DNA of 64,000 nt from Octopus sinensis (Eukaryota). The stretch is from the NCBI RefSeq assembly GCF_006345805.1, contig NC_042998.1:166966001-167030000 (forward strand), written 5' to 3'. The translations under genes were made by a program, and so were the position numbers. The stretch's first letter is position 1. Every line of letters begins with the position of its first letter. Of the stretch, positions 14,024 through 27,254 are shown one piece after another. The notes under the pieces were generated by a model. The model was not told the DNA's origin, did no database searches, and worked only from the letters and a program-made list of their open reading frames with translations.

Positions 14024-15597
14024 CAGTATCTCCCAGAAGTATGTATACCCCTAAAAACTTTCAGTAAGATTGCCGAATAATGTCGAAAGCGATCAAACGA
14101 AATTTATACTGACTAAAATATAGTATAAAAGCAAAGATTATACAAATTTGGAACACAAAACAACAAACATTTTCAAAAATATGAATGAAATATTAATTTT
14201 TGAAACGTTACAAAAATATGTGCAGCCTAAAGAAAATTTGCTATATTCGATATTTTATTCACATTTTTCAGATATTGCTGATAATTTCAATTCTAATAAA
14301 TTATTTCTTCTGGTATTTTTGCACCGGTCATTGTTATTGCATCTGTAGGAAATCTGATTTGTGTACTATGGTGAAAATCTTGTTCATTGTGATTAAAATG
14401 GCACCAAAACGAAAAGAATTATCTAAAGATTTGAAGAAAATTATTTTTAAATTGCACAAGAATGGTTTAGAACACAAGTTAATTAGCAAATGAATACATA
14501 TTAGCGTAAACACACTTTCCAAAGTAATTCAGAAGTACAAAGCTGCTGGATGGCTAAGCAATAGACATTGTCCAGGTCATCCTTCTGTTTTAACTGCGCG
14601 TGATATTCGCCACATCCAACGTTGCGTGATGGACCTCATGTGTCGTACCGCTTCATCTTTGGCCCAAGAAGTGTCTTCTGTTAGTGGAAAGAGTGTATCC
14701 GCCCAAACAGTTCGCCGAAGTTTGAACCAGTATGCTCTTCATGGATGCATTCCCAGTAGGAAACCTCTCCGCACTACTAGGCATAAATCAAGTCATCTTT
14801 CTTTTACCGAAACCTATGTAAGTAAGGGGAAGGAGTTTTGGAATAAAATTATTTTTTCTGACGATACTAAAATCAACTTGTTTGGTTCAGATGGTATTAA
14901 ACGAGTAGTGAAGATAACAGGGACAAATGCACCGCGCCTACTGTGAAAAACGGCAGCGGAAGTGTTATGTTTTGGGGATACATGAGTGTGGGAGGACTCA
15001 CATTTATTGAGAGAACAATGGATTCAAGCCTTTATTGTGGCATGTTGCAGAAAACAATGCTGAAAAGCAGCAAGCAACTAGGAAGACATTCCAAGTTTCA
15101 ACATGTTAATGACCCTAATCACACTTCAAAGATGACGACTAACTTTTTATCAGATATCACATGATTTAAACCCAATAGAACATCTGTGGGGTGTTTTGAA
15201 AAGGAAGATTGATGAGAAAAACCCACGCAATGTAATACAGTTGAAATACATCATTCAGGATGAATAGAGGTAGATTTCATCGGTTATATGTGGAAATTTA
15301 GTCGAATCTATGCCCAGAAGACTTAATGCAATTATTGAAAGCAAGGGCAGCCACAGCAAGTATTGAATATAGCAAATAATCATTTAGTGTGTACATATTT
15401 TTGTATCGATTGAAAATTAATATTTCGTTCATATCTTTCAAAATATTTTTATGTTTTGTGTTCCAAATTTGTATAATGTTTGCATGTATAATATATTTTA
15501 TTCAGTATAAATTTCATTTGATTTCCTTTGATATTATCAGAGTAATGGCAATTTTACTGAAATTATTCAAGGGTGTACATACTTCTGTGAGATACTG
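14024..15597 (+). mobile_element. Full-length decayed Tc1 transposon
   Basis: TIRs CAGTATCTCCCAGAAGTATGTATACCC / GGGTGTACATACTTCTGTGAGATACTG; TA TSD at 14022-14023 and 15598-15599. Confidence 0.95.
14398..15366 (+). pseudogene. Tc1 transposase pseudogene
   Basis: MAPKRKELS paired-like HTH, FWNKIIFSDDTKINLFGSDG, VMFWG, FQHVNDPNHTSK, DLNPIEHLW; stops, frameshifts and small deletions. Confidence 0.92.
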
Positions 15598-15899
15598 TAT
15601 ATACGTAAATGCCGAACGATGAAAATGAGTGCTCAACACCGCATTGGAGGTTATAATTGTTTTATTTGTGAATTAAGGCTACTATTAGTTTCAAGTTAAA
15701 AAAATGTAGGAAAACATCGTAGTGTCTTAACAATTTTTCTAGCCAATTACATGGAGAAAGGTGTTCGCCTTCATTTTGGAAAACACAGCCTCGTTTAGTT
15801 CGCGGAGATTCTCGAGAATTCACACGAAGAAAACAATGAATCAAGGAGCGTTACTCTTCGGTGGCATCTTTCGGATGTTTGTCTGCCTTGAATTTGACT

Positions 15900-16320
15900 T
15901 TTGGGTCAATTTGTTTCGTTCAGGAAATGGGCTATGCTGGTCGTATTATCGTTGCAGATGGTGACTCTTCTTTGAAGTATTTGAGTGTAAAGTATTGCTT
16001 GGGTATGCAGACAGAGTAGGTTTGATCCCTAATGTTTAGGATGTTATCTGTTGATTGTATAATGTTTAATTTTTCAGTAGTACAGAGTTCACATTTGGTA
16101 CCGCGTCCTCTATACTTTTTGGCTTTAGCAATAATTGTCCATACTAACTGGGATTTGCTTTATTCACCTTCTTTCAATGTCCATATCATATGCCAGATGT
16201 TGTGTATACCTTTTCTTGAACGTATTGCCAGTCATTCCGATATACGTCTTTGCTACACCGTTGTGATCTGTGATCTTGGCCATGTATACGAATTTTTTTC
16301 TCGAGACAGTTCTTGGTTTT
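15900..16320 (-). mobile_element. Penelope-like element GIY-YIG endonuclease remnant
   Basis: FVYMAKI..KTYIGMTGNTFKKRYTQH, then after a frameshift WTIIAKAKKY..KCELCTTEK..LNIR. Confidence 0.8.
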
Positions 16321-16337
16321 ATATGTAGAAAGATGAG

Positions 16338-16371
<34 letters not shown>

Positions 16372-16384
16372 CTCATATTTCTAC

Positions 16385-16740
16385 ATGTTTCAGTCATTAG
16401 ACTGCGGCCATGCTGGGACATCACCTTAGCCGAATGAATCAACCCCAATACCTATTTTTTTAGCCTGGTACTTATTCGCATGATCTCTGTTACCAAACCG
16501 CTTGGTCACGGGGACGCAAACACACTGATATCGGTTGTCAAACGGTGGTGAGTGTACAAACACAGACACAAAGACACACACTCACATAGATATTTCAGTT
16601 TCCGTCTACCAAATCAAATCACAAGGCTTTATCGACAAGAAGCTATAATGGAAGAAACTTACCCAAAGTACCACGCAGTGGGACTAAATCTGAAACCATG
16701 TGGTTGGGAAGCAAGCGTCTTATCATACAGCTACGCCATA
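16385..16740 (-). mobile_element. CORE-like SINE, diverged
   Basis: Homologous to the 49416 copy. Confidence 0.75.
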
Positions 16741-17561
16741 TATATGTGTATACATACATATAATGATAACAATAATAATAATATGTACTTACGTACATAA
16801 GCACATTCATACATACGTACATACTTACATACTTACATACATAAATAATCGTAGATCCACACACCAACATGCAGATACGTACATGTGTGTGCTTTTATTT
16901 ATGCGTGCATACACACATATCCTATGTATGAGCATATGTTCTGATATTAAATAGAGAACGCACTCAGCACTCAAGAACTCAAGCAACCCGACTATATATA
17001 TGTTTATCTGTGAGTATGTGTGTGCGTATGCATTCACATGTACACACACACACATGCATATATATATATATATTCGTACGTGTGTGTGTGAGTATCTGAA
17101 TGTGTGTACGTATGCGATATGTTAGTTAAACTGGAAAAAAAATCAAGGTCTTGATAAGCTTATGTAAACAAGGATACGGTGTAAACAAATATACACACAC
17201 ATGATATAGTACACTTTGTTATATCGCAATGTATGCGTATGACTATGCATGTGCAATGAAAATTATGTATGCACACAAACACGCATATATATTAAATACA
17301 AATGTATGTATATATATATACAAGCGCATAAATATTAAATACGAATACATACATACACACACGTGCACACGCTTGTACGCACATATATTCATAGTTTACT
17401 ACACACCCTCTTTCAGATAATTTGAAATGTAAGGTATACCCTTTTTCTCAACAAACATAACATTTTACTCTGTGAAAAATTAAGTGGGTTGCACTAGTTT
17501 TTATCTCTTCGCCAACAGCAAATACGCGATTACGCTAACTTATTCCAACGTTCATATATAT

Positions 17562-17627
<66 letters not shown>

Positions 17628-17690
17628 GTCTGTATGCGTGCGCGCGCGCGTGTGTGCATATATATATACACACACACATACACACATATG

Positions 17691-17721
<31 letters not shown>

Positions 17722-17724
<3 letters not shown>

Positions 17725-17933
17725 GCTTCAAATTTTGCCACAAGTGTAGTAATTTTCGGGGAGTGGATGAGTCGATTACATCGACTACAGCGTTCAACTG
17801 GTACTTATTACCTCGACCCCGAAAGGATGAAATACAAAGTCGACCTAGACAGTATTTAAGCTCAGAACGTAGCGACAGGCAACATAACGCTAAGTATTTC
17901 GTCCGGTGCGCTAAAGATTCTGCCAGTTCGCCT
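17722..17933 (-). mobile_element. Meta-SINE with (TTA)n tail
   Basis: Reverse-complement head and Meta domain; tail merges with the TAA array at 17693-17722. Confidence 0.8.
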
Positions 17934-18089
17934 TAGGGTGAGGAGGAAAATACAAAGACAGACATTCACCACTCCACTCTCATCACCTCCATCCACTACA
18001 AACACACAAACTCACACTCATACCTCAACTTCTCCTCCTCCCATCCTAAACACACCACGCCTTCCATCCCCTATTCTCAATTCCTCCGT

Positions 18090-19560
18090 CTACGCAGGCT
18101 CTGAAGTGACGACCATGACTTTTGAGACTCAGTCTCAACTCATAGCCTGCCACTTCATCCTACGTGAATATCCTCACCACTATCCACACTGCCCTTGCCA
18201 GAGCACGTTCAGTGGACCGTGTATCTGCTCTTTCCCCGCGAACCCGCCCTACAGTCTCCCGCCTCCCGTTTCCCCTCACCTACTACCCCACCAGCCTATC
18301 TTTCCAACGCACCATTCTCTGAGCCTTCCGGTGACTCCCGACCGACCCCTCCACTTTGCACATTTTCCATAACTGACCCCTCCTCTCCTTCAAACGAGCC
18401 CACAACCTCTTGGTACACAGCTTCTTCCCTAACCCAACCTCCCAACCCGGCTCGTTCCTCTGCTTCCGCCCACGCTGCCGCACTTGCCCTTACCTCTCCA
18501 ACACCACTCTCCTCACTGGCACCCATCATCGACCCTATCACATCACCGATTCCTTCACCTGCACTTCTCCTGCTCTCTCTGCTCTTCTCTATACATCGGG
18601 CAAACGGGATGCCGCTTGGCTAACCGGTTCACGGAACAACTCTGAGACATCCAACTCGGCAATGACACCCCGATCTCGCGCCATTTCCGCTCTACCGGTC
18701 ACTCTTTGCAGCACCTGTCCGTATTCGGATTGTCCTTGCACAGGTGCCATCCGGACTCCCGTTTGCGCCGTCAACAGGGATTAATCTTCTCTCTTCGCTC
18801 CTTTATGCCACATGGGCTCAACTCTCCTCCCCCTTCATCTTACCTCCTCCCCTTCACTCTCTCCCCCTCACACCTACTTCTTCCCACCCACCCACCTCTC
18901 ATCTCTTGATCCGACTCCTATTTCTTCTCTTCACTCCTACCCGCCTTCTCCTTCCCCCTTCATCGTCTCCCCTCCCTCGTAAGCCCACCCCACCCCTACA
19001 CATCCCACCCCGCCTTCCCTATCCTTCAACATCCCACCCATCCCGCCCCATTCCTTACACCCACTCCCATATACCCCAGTTCTACCCCCTCCCTCCGCCT
19101 AACCCACACCCCACCCTTGCTTTCTCCACTCTCGCCTCCCCCACCTCCCAACACCATCACACCACACCACACACCACTACACATTACACCACCATACCAC
19201 ACAACACATCACATCACAACATACCACCACGCACACATCAGCACTGACCACTTCCTAGACCCACATTTCACACCTAGACATGCACACACGCACACGTCAA
19301 GATCACCAATCCTGTTTCACATGCACATACAAACTCTATTAAACACACGCACGCGCACCTTAGTTTTGTGATCACCACTACTTTATTATCTCCCCTTCTC
19401 CGTAGCTCTCCTGTGTTACCCTTCTGTCCGGCATTCGCCATGATAGATCGCTAGCCACTACACATTCTTTATTTTCTCTCCTTGTTTCTTTCTGCATTCC
19501 TTCGGACATGTACTTGCATAGCATGTGACCTGATCTGAGATCGTGTACTGAAATAAAAAC
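18090..19560 (+). mobile_element. Penelope-like element 3' end (GIY-YIG domain plus C-rich tail)
   Basis: PGSFLCFRPRCRTCPYL..DSFTCTS..(frameshift) LYIGQTG/RFTEQLRDI..GHSLQHLSVFGL..LIFSLRSFMPHGLN. Confidence 0.85.
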
Positions 19561-19564
19561 AATC

Positions 19565-19744
19565 GCAGCGTGGAAGGTGCTTATAAGCTATTTAAAAACA
19601 CACAAAAACCGTTAGATTCACGTCAGTGATCAGGTCGCGGTCTCAAAGCGATGAAAATATTTTGGCAAATTAAATTCAAATGTTGAAGTGAATCTAACGG
19701 TTTTTGTGTGTTTTTAAATGGCTTATAAACACCTTCTACACTGC
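19565..19744. repeat. Foldback, 57-bp arms with 66-bp spacer
   Basis: 19565-19621 is the near-perfect reverse complement of 19688-19744. Confidence 0.9.
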
Positions 19745-19817
19745 AATGGTTGATATATATATATATATATATATATACAGGTATATAAATATATACGTGT
19801 GTGCTTGTGTGTGTGAT

Positions 19818-19878
<61 letters not shown>

Positions 19879-20474
19879 TGTGTGTGTGTGTTAGAGGTAC
19901 ACCGATAAACAAAGTGGGATATAATAGATTATCGGCCGGCACATTAAACCAGCTGACGATTATTTGTAATGTGTGTATGCATTGTGATATGAAAATGCAT
20001 TTTGTAATTAATTGGAGATGATTTACTAATTCATAATTAATCTATTCGATTGTGTTTACTGTTATAAATAATTTCATGTAATCCTGATTTCATATTTCAG
20101 AAATAATATGGCTTAATTTGCGTACGACCTCCCCCGTTTGGCAACACCATAGAGGTCGCACTTCATTTGCTCTCACTTCCACTTGCTCCCACTGACTAGA
20201 ACACAATCACATCACACAAGTTGAGCTGGTTAATTAGAATAAAAAAATATTCACACAAACTCTCCTTTGTTTCAGCTTATGATAAGTTTCAGCTAACATC
20301 TGAAAGCACTATTGTACTGAATACAATGTGTTCAGGATACTTATGTACGAGAACAAATGTTTTATTCAAAGTGTGATTCTATAATTCTAGAAAATATTGA
20401 TAATAAATAAAAAGTGGTATAAAACATTAAATACTATTCTCTGAATGATACACTCACTGTAATTATTATTAATA

Positions 20475-21240
20475 CTAGTGGGACCCATGAATATTTCACG
20501 GAATTAATAGAAAACCTATTGGGCTATTCCTTAAAACTTTATCCAAAATGTCTGAAAGCGTAGCCTGTGTTGCGTCTGTATCAAAAAATAGTCGCTCATA
20601 TGCTAATCATTGAAAAGTGAAGGAAATTGGAATACGATGATTACTTAATGCACTTTATATACTATATGCACAACTTTATAGACGCAGCACTCATAAAATA
20701 TTCACTCTTAATTTTCCATTTTTCTCATAAACAGAAAAAATTACATTTTAAGATTTACACGGTCACAATTTCATATTTAGAAAACAAAAATTTTATAGTA
20801 AAAAATTATTTTATATGTAAAATATAGGAGTCACAATTTCATGGGGGTAAAAATTTAATGCAACATGGCATACTCTGAAAACCACATCGTTGGTAACTTA
20901 TAAGCCAAGGCGATGGCTCAGAACCAATACACATTTCAATTTGCATACACTTTTCAATCCAACACTTCTTTACACGCTATGTTCTTCGTGTAAGTTCTCC
21001 CTTTTCTTTTCCCTTGTTTGTCAGTGTTGATAACTCCCACATCAGGTAATTTACGAGCCCTTGAAAATGTAACATATAACTGACCGGTGCTGAATAGAGG
21101 TTCAAGCAAGAATAGCCCCACGTTGTTAAATGTCTGCCCTTGTGGTTTATTGGTTGTCATTGCAAATGATAGGTGAACGGGAAATTGGTTTCTTTCTTAA
21201 GTGAAAGTCACATTTGGGATGCGCATACGTTAAGTGACAG
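20475..21240 (-). mobile_element. Helitron 3' end with Pif1 helicase C-terminus
   Basis: MTTNKPQGQTF..GQLYVTFSR (helicase motifs V-VI); hairpin CCGTGAAATATTCATGG, then CTAG|T at 20475. Confidence 0.9.
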
Positions 21241-21332
21241 GTGATATAAAAAACTTAGTTCAATTTAAGAAAAAAAAAACTGGCATTTCACCATGCACTC
21301 ACCATAGCCACCTCCACCACCATCATCGCCAA

Positions 21333-21385
<53 letters not shown>

Positions 21386-21825
21386 CTTTAATCTCACCAT
21401 TAGAACATAACCCCTCTGCTAAAATTATGTTCCTAACTCGCCCCTGTATCACTACTTCCAACTAACTTTTTTAATCACGTAATGAATATTACGTTCCCGT
21501 ACCACGTTTCTCTCTCCTTTTTCTTTCTCTATCTCTCTTTATCTTTGTCTCTCAATCTTTTTCTTATTCTCTCTTTCAGCCTCGCTCTTCGCCTATTTTC
21601 TTTTCTCTCTCTTTTTTCCCCTTGTTCTCTCTCTCTCCCTTCAACTAATCACGCGGAAACGTTACAATTACGTTCTCTGTACCTCGCGTCATGGACGCTT
21701 CTCTCACCCTCTTTTTCTCCTTCCCTCTTTTTGCTTCCTTCTTTTTTCTAATCACGTGAAAGCGTTACCGATGGACTAAGTAACGTAATGACAAGCAGGA
21801 TTATTATAAGATTTTCGTTGGTCTA

Positions 21826-22225
21826 AGGCGGGGAGCTGGCAGAATCGTTAGCACGCTGGGCGAAATGCTTAGCGGTATTTCGTCTGCCGCTACGTTCTGA
21901 GTTCAAATTCAGCTGAAGTCCACTTTGCCTTTCATCCTTTCGGGGTCGATTAAATAAGTACCAGTTACACACTGGGGTCGATATAATCGACTTAATCCGT
22001 TTGTCTGTCCTTGTTTGTCCTCTCTGTGCTTAGCCCCTTGTGGGTAGTAAAGAAATAGGTATTTCATCCGTCTTCACGTTCTCAGTTCAAATTCCGCTGA
22101 GGTCGACTTTGCCCTTCATCCTTTCAGGGTCGATAAATTACTTACCAGTTGAGTACTGGGGTCGATGCAATCGACTTCCTCCCTCTCCGAAACTGCTGGT
22201 TTTGTGCCAAAATTCGAAGTCAATA
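21826..22225 (+). mobile_element. Meta-SINE dimer (young copy plus body of an older subfamily)
   Basis: Junction AAAGAAATA|GGTATTTC at about 22058. Confidence 0.85.
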
Positions 22226-22454
22226 TTTTCCGTGGTTGGCTCTGAAACGAGCTCCCCTGTTCGGGGGAATTTTATTGTTTAAATTTTGTTGCTAATTGCT
22301 ATTGTTATATATTTTGTACACGAATATTGTGCTTAATCCTACTTGTTCCTCATGTCGTATCGTTCTTATTTCTTTTTCCATGTTTGGCCCTTATTGCTCA
22401 TAAATAAATCATCATCATCATCATCATTATTATTATTATCATTATTATTATTAT

Positions 22455-22643
22455 TCAGTAATTTTATATTTATAACGCGCTTTCACTTCACTACCGAGCG
22501 CAGCTCTGTGTGCCTTGGGTATGTGCTGTGGTTTGCTGTGATGCTCTTATGGTTACTGTATTGAAAGTTTTTTTTACGTAGGATGAGTGCAATGCCTAGT
22601 AGTGCTATTTTCTGTATGTTATATATATATATATATATTATAT

Positions 22644-22676
<33 letters not shown>

Positions 22677-23255
22677 TTGTTAGTCCTGGTGTTTTTGTTA
22701 TGTATTTGTCTGAATATTTTTTGTCATACCTAATGCACCCTCTATGGTAGGAATTGTTTCTGTTTTTAGACTCCACATCCTAATTACCTCTATTTCCAGG
22801 TCTATGTATTTTGAAAGTTTTTCCATTTCTTTTAGAGAAACGTTGTCATCTGCTGGTATTGATGCATCAATCAGAACACATTTTTCTCTTCATCAATTCT
22901 GATAACTATATCTCGCCTATTTACCTTAATTTCTCTATGTGTGTGTATTGGCATATCGCAGAGTATGGTTGCTTTCTCGTTTTCTGTGACTTTTCCTGGC
23001 GTGTGCCTATACCATAGTGTTGGCATAGCTTCCTGTGTACGTAGGTCCCAACTCTGTTGTGTCTGTGAATATATTCCTTCTTAGCCAGGACTGGGCAACC
23101 AGAGATAATATGATTTATTGTTTCTTGTCCATCTCCACATATTCTGCAGTTACTTAAGTTTCTCTTCATTTTATGTTTTTGGTAATTTCTGGTGAGGAAG
23201 CTTTGTTCTTGTGCTGCAATAAAAAACCTTTCAATCTCTGCTTTGAGTCCTGATC
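22455..23255 (-). mobile_element. Dong/R4 LINE 3' fragment ending in a TAA array
   Basis: CRICGDGQETINHIISGCPVLAKKEYIHRHN (CCHC knuckle of RLE LINEs); 3' UTR abuts (TAA/TGA)n at 22410-22455. Confidence 0.85.
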
Positions 23256-23622
23256 ATTAAGGTAGTGATCTTACTGAATCGTTACCACACCAGAAAAAAC
23301 AAAAAGGCTTAGCGACATTTAAATTCCGCCAGGATCGACTTTGCCTATAGCTCTTTCGAGATTGATAAAATAAGTACCGGCTTAGTATCTATCTCGTGAA
23401 AGAGCTAAAGAAAGAAATATAAATATTTTCTGAGAAAAATATAAATATTTTCTGAGAGTGAAACAATAAGCTCTTCTTCTTTCAATAAAGCAACAGTTTC
23501 ATGTCAGTAAGTATAGGAATCATGCCACTCCTGGTGATTCAACTTAGCAGCTAACATGGCAGTAACACAGAACCACTTGTCTACTTTGGCTGTTTGAGTG
23601 TGGTGCGTGAGGTATATTGTCT

Positions 23623-23858
23623 CACCAAGGCGGTGAGCTGGCAGAAACGTTAGCACACCGGGCGAAATGCTTTGCGGTATTTCGTCTGCGTTACGTTGTG
23701 AGTTCAAATTCCGCCGAGGTCGACTTTGCCTTTCATACTTTCGGGGTCGATAAATTAAGTACCAGTTACGCACTGGGGTCGATGTAATCGACTTAATACC
23801 TATGTCTGTCCTTGTTTGTCCCCTCTGTGTTTAGCCCCTTGTGGGTAATAAAGAAATA
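23623..23858 (+). mobile_element. Young full-length Meta-SINE
   Basis: 12-bp TSD GGTATATTGTCT at 23611-23622 and 23859-23870. Confidence 0.95.
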
Positions 23859-24745
23859 GGTATATTGTCTGCTTTTATGTTTACTGAATATTACACTATT
23901 TACTGAATTCCATGGCACTATTTGCGATAATAACTAGTTACGGGAATACGAGTGATACTAGGCTTCTATTGTAACAAGTTAGCCACAAAGTAGTGTCATT
24001 GACTTGGAGTGTAGATTTGGTACATATGTACGTGTGTGAGAGTATGCACGTGATTGCTTTTTACGGTTATATTAAATGAAAGTTATGGGATATCTGTTAC
24101 CAAAAACGACTCTCATGCTTAGTAATAATGAGAATATAAAATTACTAAAAAATAATAATGTGCGAACAGAATGATTATCCCTATAGAGTTACTGATAGCA
24201 TAAAAAATTGATACAATATATAATACATATATAACCGAAAATAATATATATATACAGCCTGACACAATATTTCTGAAAATATTGATATCAAATTACTTTA
24301 TTTTTCAGATTCAGTAAGCATTTTAGATTTTTCATGAAACTTGCCAAGAAGTATTAATAGTTGTGACTTTAATAGTAAAATAGCATTTAAAAGTTATGAA
24401 GCCAAGGCTACAAATATTGCACGAAAATTTTGAGTAATCTTACGGTACTCTTTACAATTCTATTTTCTGCAATGTTTCCATATTTAGAAGAACAGGGCGA
24501 AAAATTTCACAACATTTAATATGATGAATCGGCTTCAGAAGTTTCAAACTAATAAATTAGTAAAAGAAGATAAAATGAAGATAAAATGGAGATAAAAAAA
24601 GTCTGATGCTGAATGATCATCAACAACATGAGGTCTGCTACCAAAACATAAATGCTTTAACTGAAATAGTAGAAGCGAAACATGGAACGTCAATCTTCAG
24701 TCCGTAAAAGAGAGAGTTTCAACATTTACTAAATTTAAGTCTTAC

Positions 24746-24886
24746 CATCATTTTGCCTCGACTGATAGCTGGTTGAACATTTTGTAGGGTGCCATCACTT
24801 TCTTCCTCAAAAGCTTCAGCTGACCATAAAGCACAATTGACATGGATCCAGTCATCTTGGCCAACATACACAAGTCGACCTTCTTC
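24746..24886 (-). CDS. KMT2A: Single internal exon of a trithorax/KMT2A-B-type histone methyltransferase (extended PHD finger); orphan in this window
   Basis: TCTTTTAG|141 nt|GTAAG, phase 0-0, open: EEGRLVYVGQDDWIHVNCALWSAEAFEEESDGTLQNVQPAISRGKMM. Recalled human KMT2A counterpart: DAGRLLYIGQNEWTHVNCALWSAEVFEDDDGSLKNVHMAVIRGKQL. Functional versus pseudo status is unknown. Confidence 0.88.
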
Positions 24887-25357
24887 CTAAAAGAGCAAGA
24901 AATGCACAAGACATGTATTCAAAGCAGGAATAAAATTTTACAATCTGTTTTTGACAAAGAAAATAAGCTATAATTAACTAAGAACAAGGTCAATTTAGTT
25001 GGTACGCCAAGCTGGCTTTCACACTGGCATACACAAGATCATTTGCATCAAAGCACTCCAAGAGCCTTGATACTTTATATTTTACTGTGGCTATAGTTTC
25101 CATCAACACCAGTATATTTTTTCGGACATTTCCCAGCATGATAGTTGAAATGGTCACTACACATGGCCAAAAGTCACCAGACAGTAAATCTAAATTCCAT
25201 AAATATTATCTGTAATTCTGTACTGACTCGAATGGGAACATGATGGTTCATATTTAGATGCTTTTATTAATAACATTCAGTTGTTAAACATAAATAGATC
25301 TTGGAATTAAATGGTTTTGATTTACTGTCAGTTGACTTTTGGTCAACCCTGTGTATG

Positions 25358-25391
<34 letters not shown>

Positions 25392-25394
<3 letters not shown>

Positions 25395-25790
25395 TTTAAA
25401 GTCCATCTTCCATGCATGCATGGGTAGGATGGTTGACAGGAGCTGGCCAGGTACAAAATCTGCCCAAGGCTACTATGTCTGTTTTGGCAGGGACTTTACG
25501 GCTGGATGCTCTTCCTAACACCAACCACTCTGCAGAGTAGAATCAGTGCTTTTTACGTGGCACTAGCACAGGCAAAGTTAGTTTGGGCTAGATTTTTACA
25601 GCTGGATGCTTTTCCAGATGCCAACCAATGTTACAGTGTGGACTGGATGCTTTTAATGTGGCACCAGCACTGGCAGGGTAACCAAGCAACTCACAAGAAA
25701 AGGAATTATGAGAGGGGCAGGGCATTTGTGCCAGAGGATGAAAGTTAGAGTGTGGCCAAGAGACAGGAAAACAGAAGCAGGTGTCTTGCC
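25392..25790 (-). mobile_element. SINE-like repeat with RTE-type segment
   Basis: Two diverged copies of ACGGCTGGATGCxCTTCC..CCAACC (reverse of GGTTGG..GGAAGGGCATCCAGCCGT). Confidence 0.5.
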
Positions 25791-26228
25791 ACAACAGAGG
25801 AGGGCATTAGTGGAGATTATGTATATATATATATAATAAAAAGTAGAGGAAATGAAAATGCAAACCCTAGCAAGTCAACCAAATTCCCAAATGCATAAAT
25901 GAAGATATTCAATCAATGTAATTGAATCATATATAGTGATACACACCAACATAAATCATGCACGTATAAATGTAAAGATTCTCCAAGGGTACAAAGAATA
26001 AAACTAAACATGCATAAAAATATAGGAGAGATATAAAAGCATATAAAAAATATATAAAAATCACATATAAATAAGGATCACATGTAAAAAGTTATGCGTG
26101 ATAAATATAGGAGGCACAACACGAATGAGAGGCTGACTGCCTAGGATTTGTGTTTTTGAATTCCTCTACTTTGTATTATTTCACATTGGCTCTCTCTCTC
26201 TCTCTCTCTCACTCTTTATATATATATT

Positions 26229-26311
<83 letters not shown>

Positions 26312-27217
26312 TGGTTAAAAACAAAAAAACAACATATCTAATGAAAGCAGGATGCTAGTTTTCTTCACTACAATTTTTAATATTTTAAAATGTACTTGTT
26401 GAACTTAATCAATGGTTGTATAATATCTGCATTAAAATTCCAATTACTTATGATTACTATGTCCGAAAACGGGCATTATTTGAAAAAAAAGCGGGAGCTG
26501 GCAGAACTACTGGATCCTCAGGTGAAAAAACCTTATAATAGTTCTTCCGACTCATTTATTATTTTTTTTAAATTCCACTGAGATTAGCTTTGCCTTTCAT
26601 CCCCGCATGATCGATAATACAATCCGAGTTGAGTACTTGGGTCGGTGTAATTGACATAATTCCCCCTCTACCCCTGCTATCTCATCTAAAATTACTGACC
26701 TTGATCCAAAATTTCATACCATTCTTTGATTGAAGAAATTATCGCTGTTAACTTGCAGTCATATTTTATTGCGTCTGATTTGGAATTTCAAAGGTAACTC
26801 AAAGATTACTCCCAGCTATAATATTCTGAGCTGAAAATTATTGTTGTTGTTGTTGTTGTTGTCATATCTCGAAAAGTGAAAAAACAAACAAAAAATTCAG
26901 GAATTGGTTAATGGTACCTATTAAATTACTTTAACCAATGATATTTGGGCAGCTACAACGATCAATTCTTTATATTCAATGTAAAAGTGCACCATCTTCA
27001 CATCATTTTATCTGTTTATTGGTTCCAATCATTTGACTGCTGTCATGTTGGTGCACTATCTCGAATGAAGTCTGCACAATTTCACAAATCAATTTGAACA
27101 AGAAAGATGATTTGCAAATTGTTTCTTTCGTACTCTTTAACAGAGGTGCGTGAATAAGTGACGAATTAAGCCATGTTAACAAATTGTTTCCTTTTATTTT
27201 CTCTTTCTCCTTCCCTC

Positions 27218-27254
<37 letters not shown>

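Noticed and set aside
15840-15865. CCGAAGA-GTAACGCTC hammerhead-like remnant downstream of the PLE endonuclease (minus)
   Set aside because: The core is mutated and GAAA is missing; too degraded to call.
24990-25260. Possible additional KMT2 exon upstream of the ePHD exon
   Set aside because: All minus frames contain stops or lack the expected CxxC..GD motif; more likely a decayed LINE piece.
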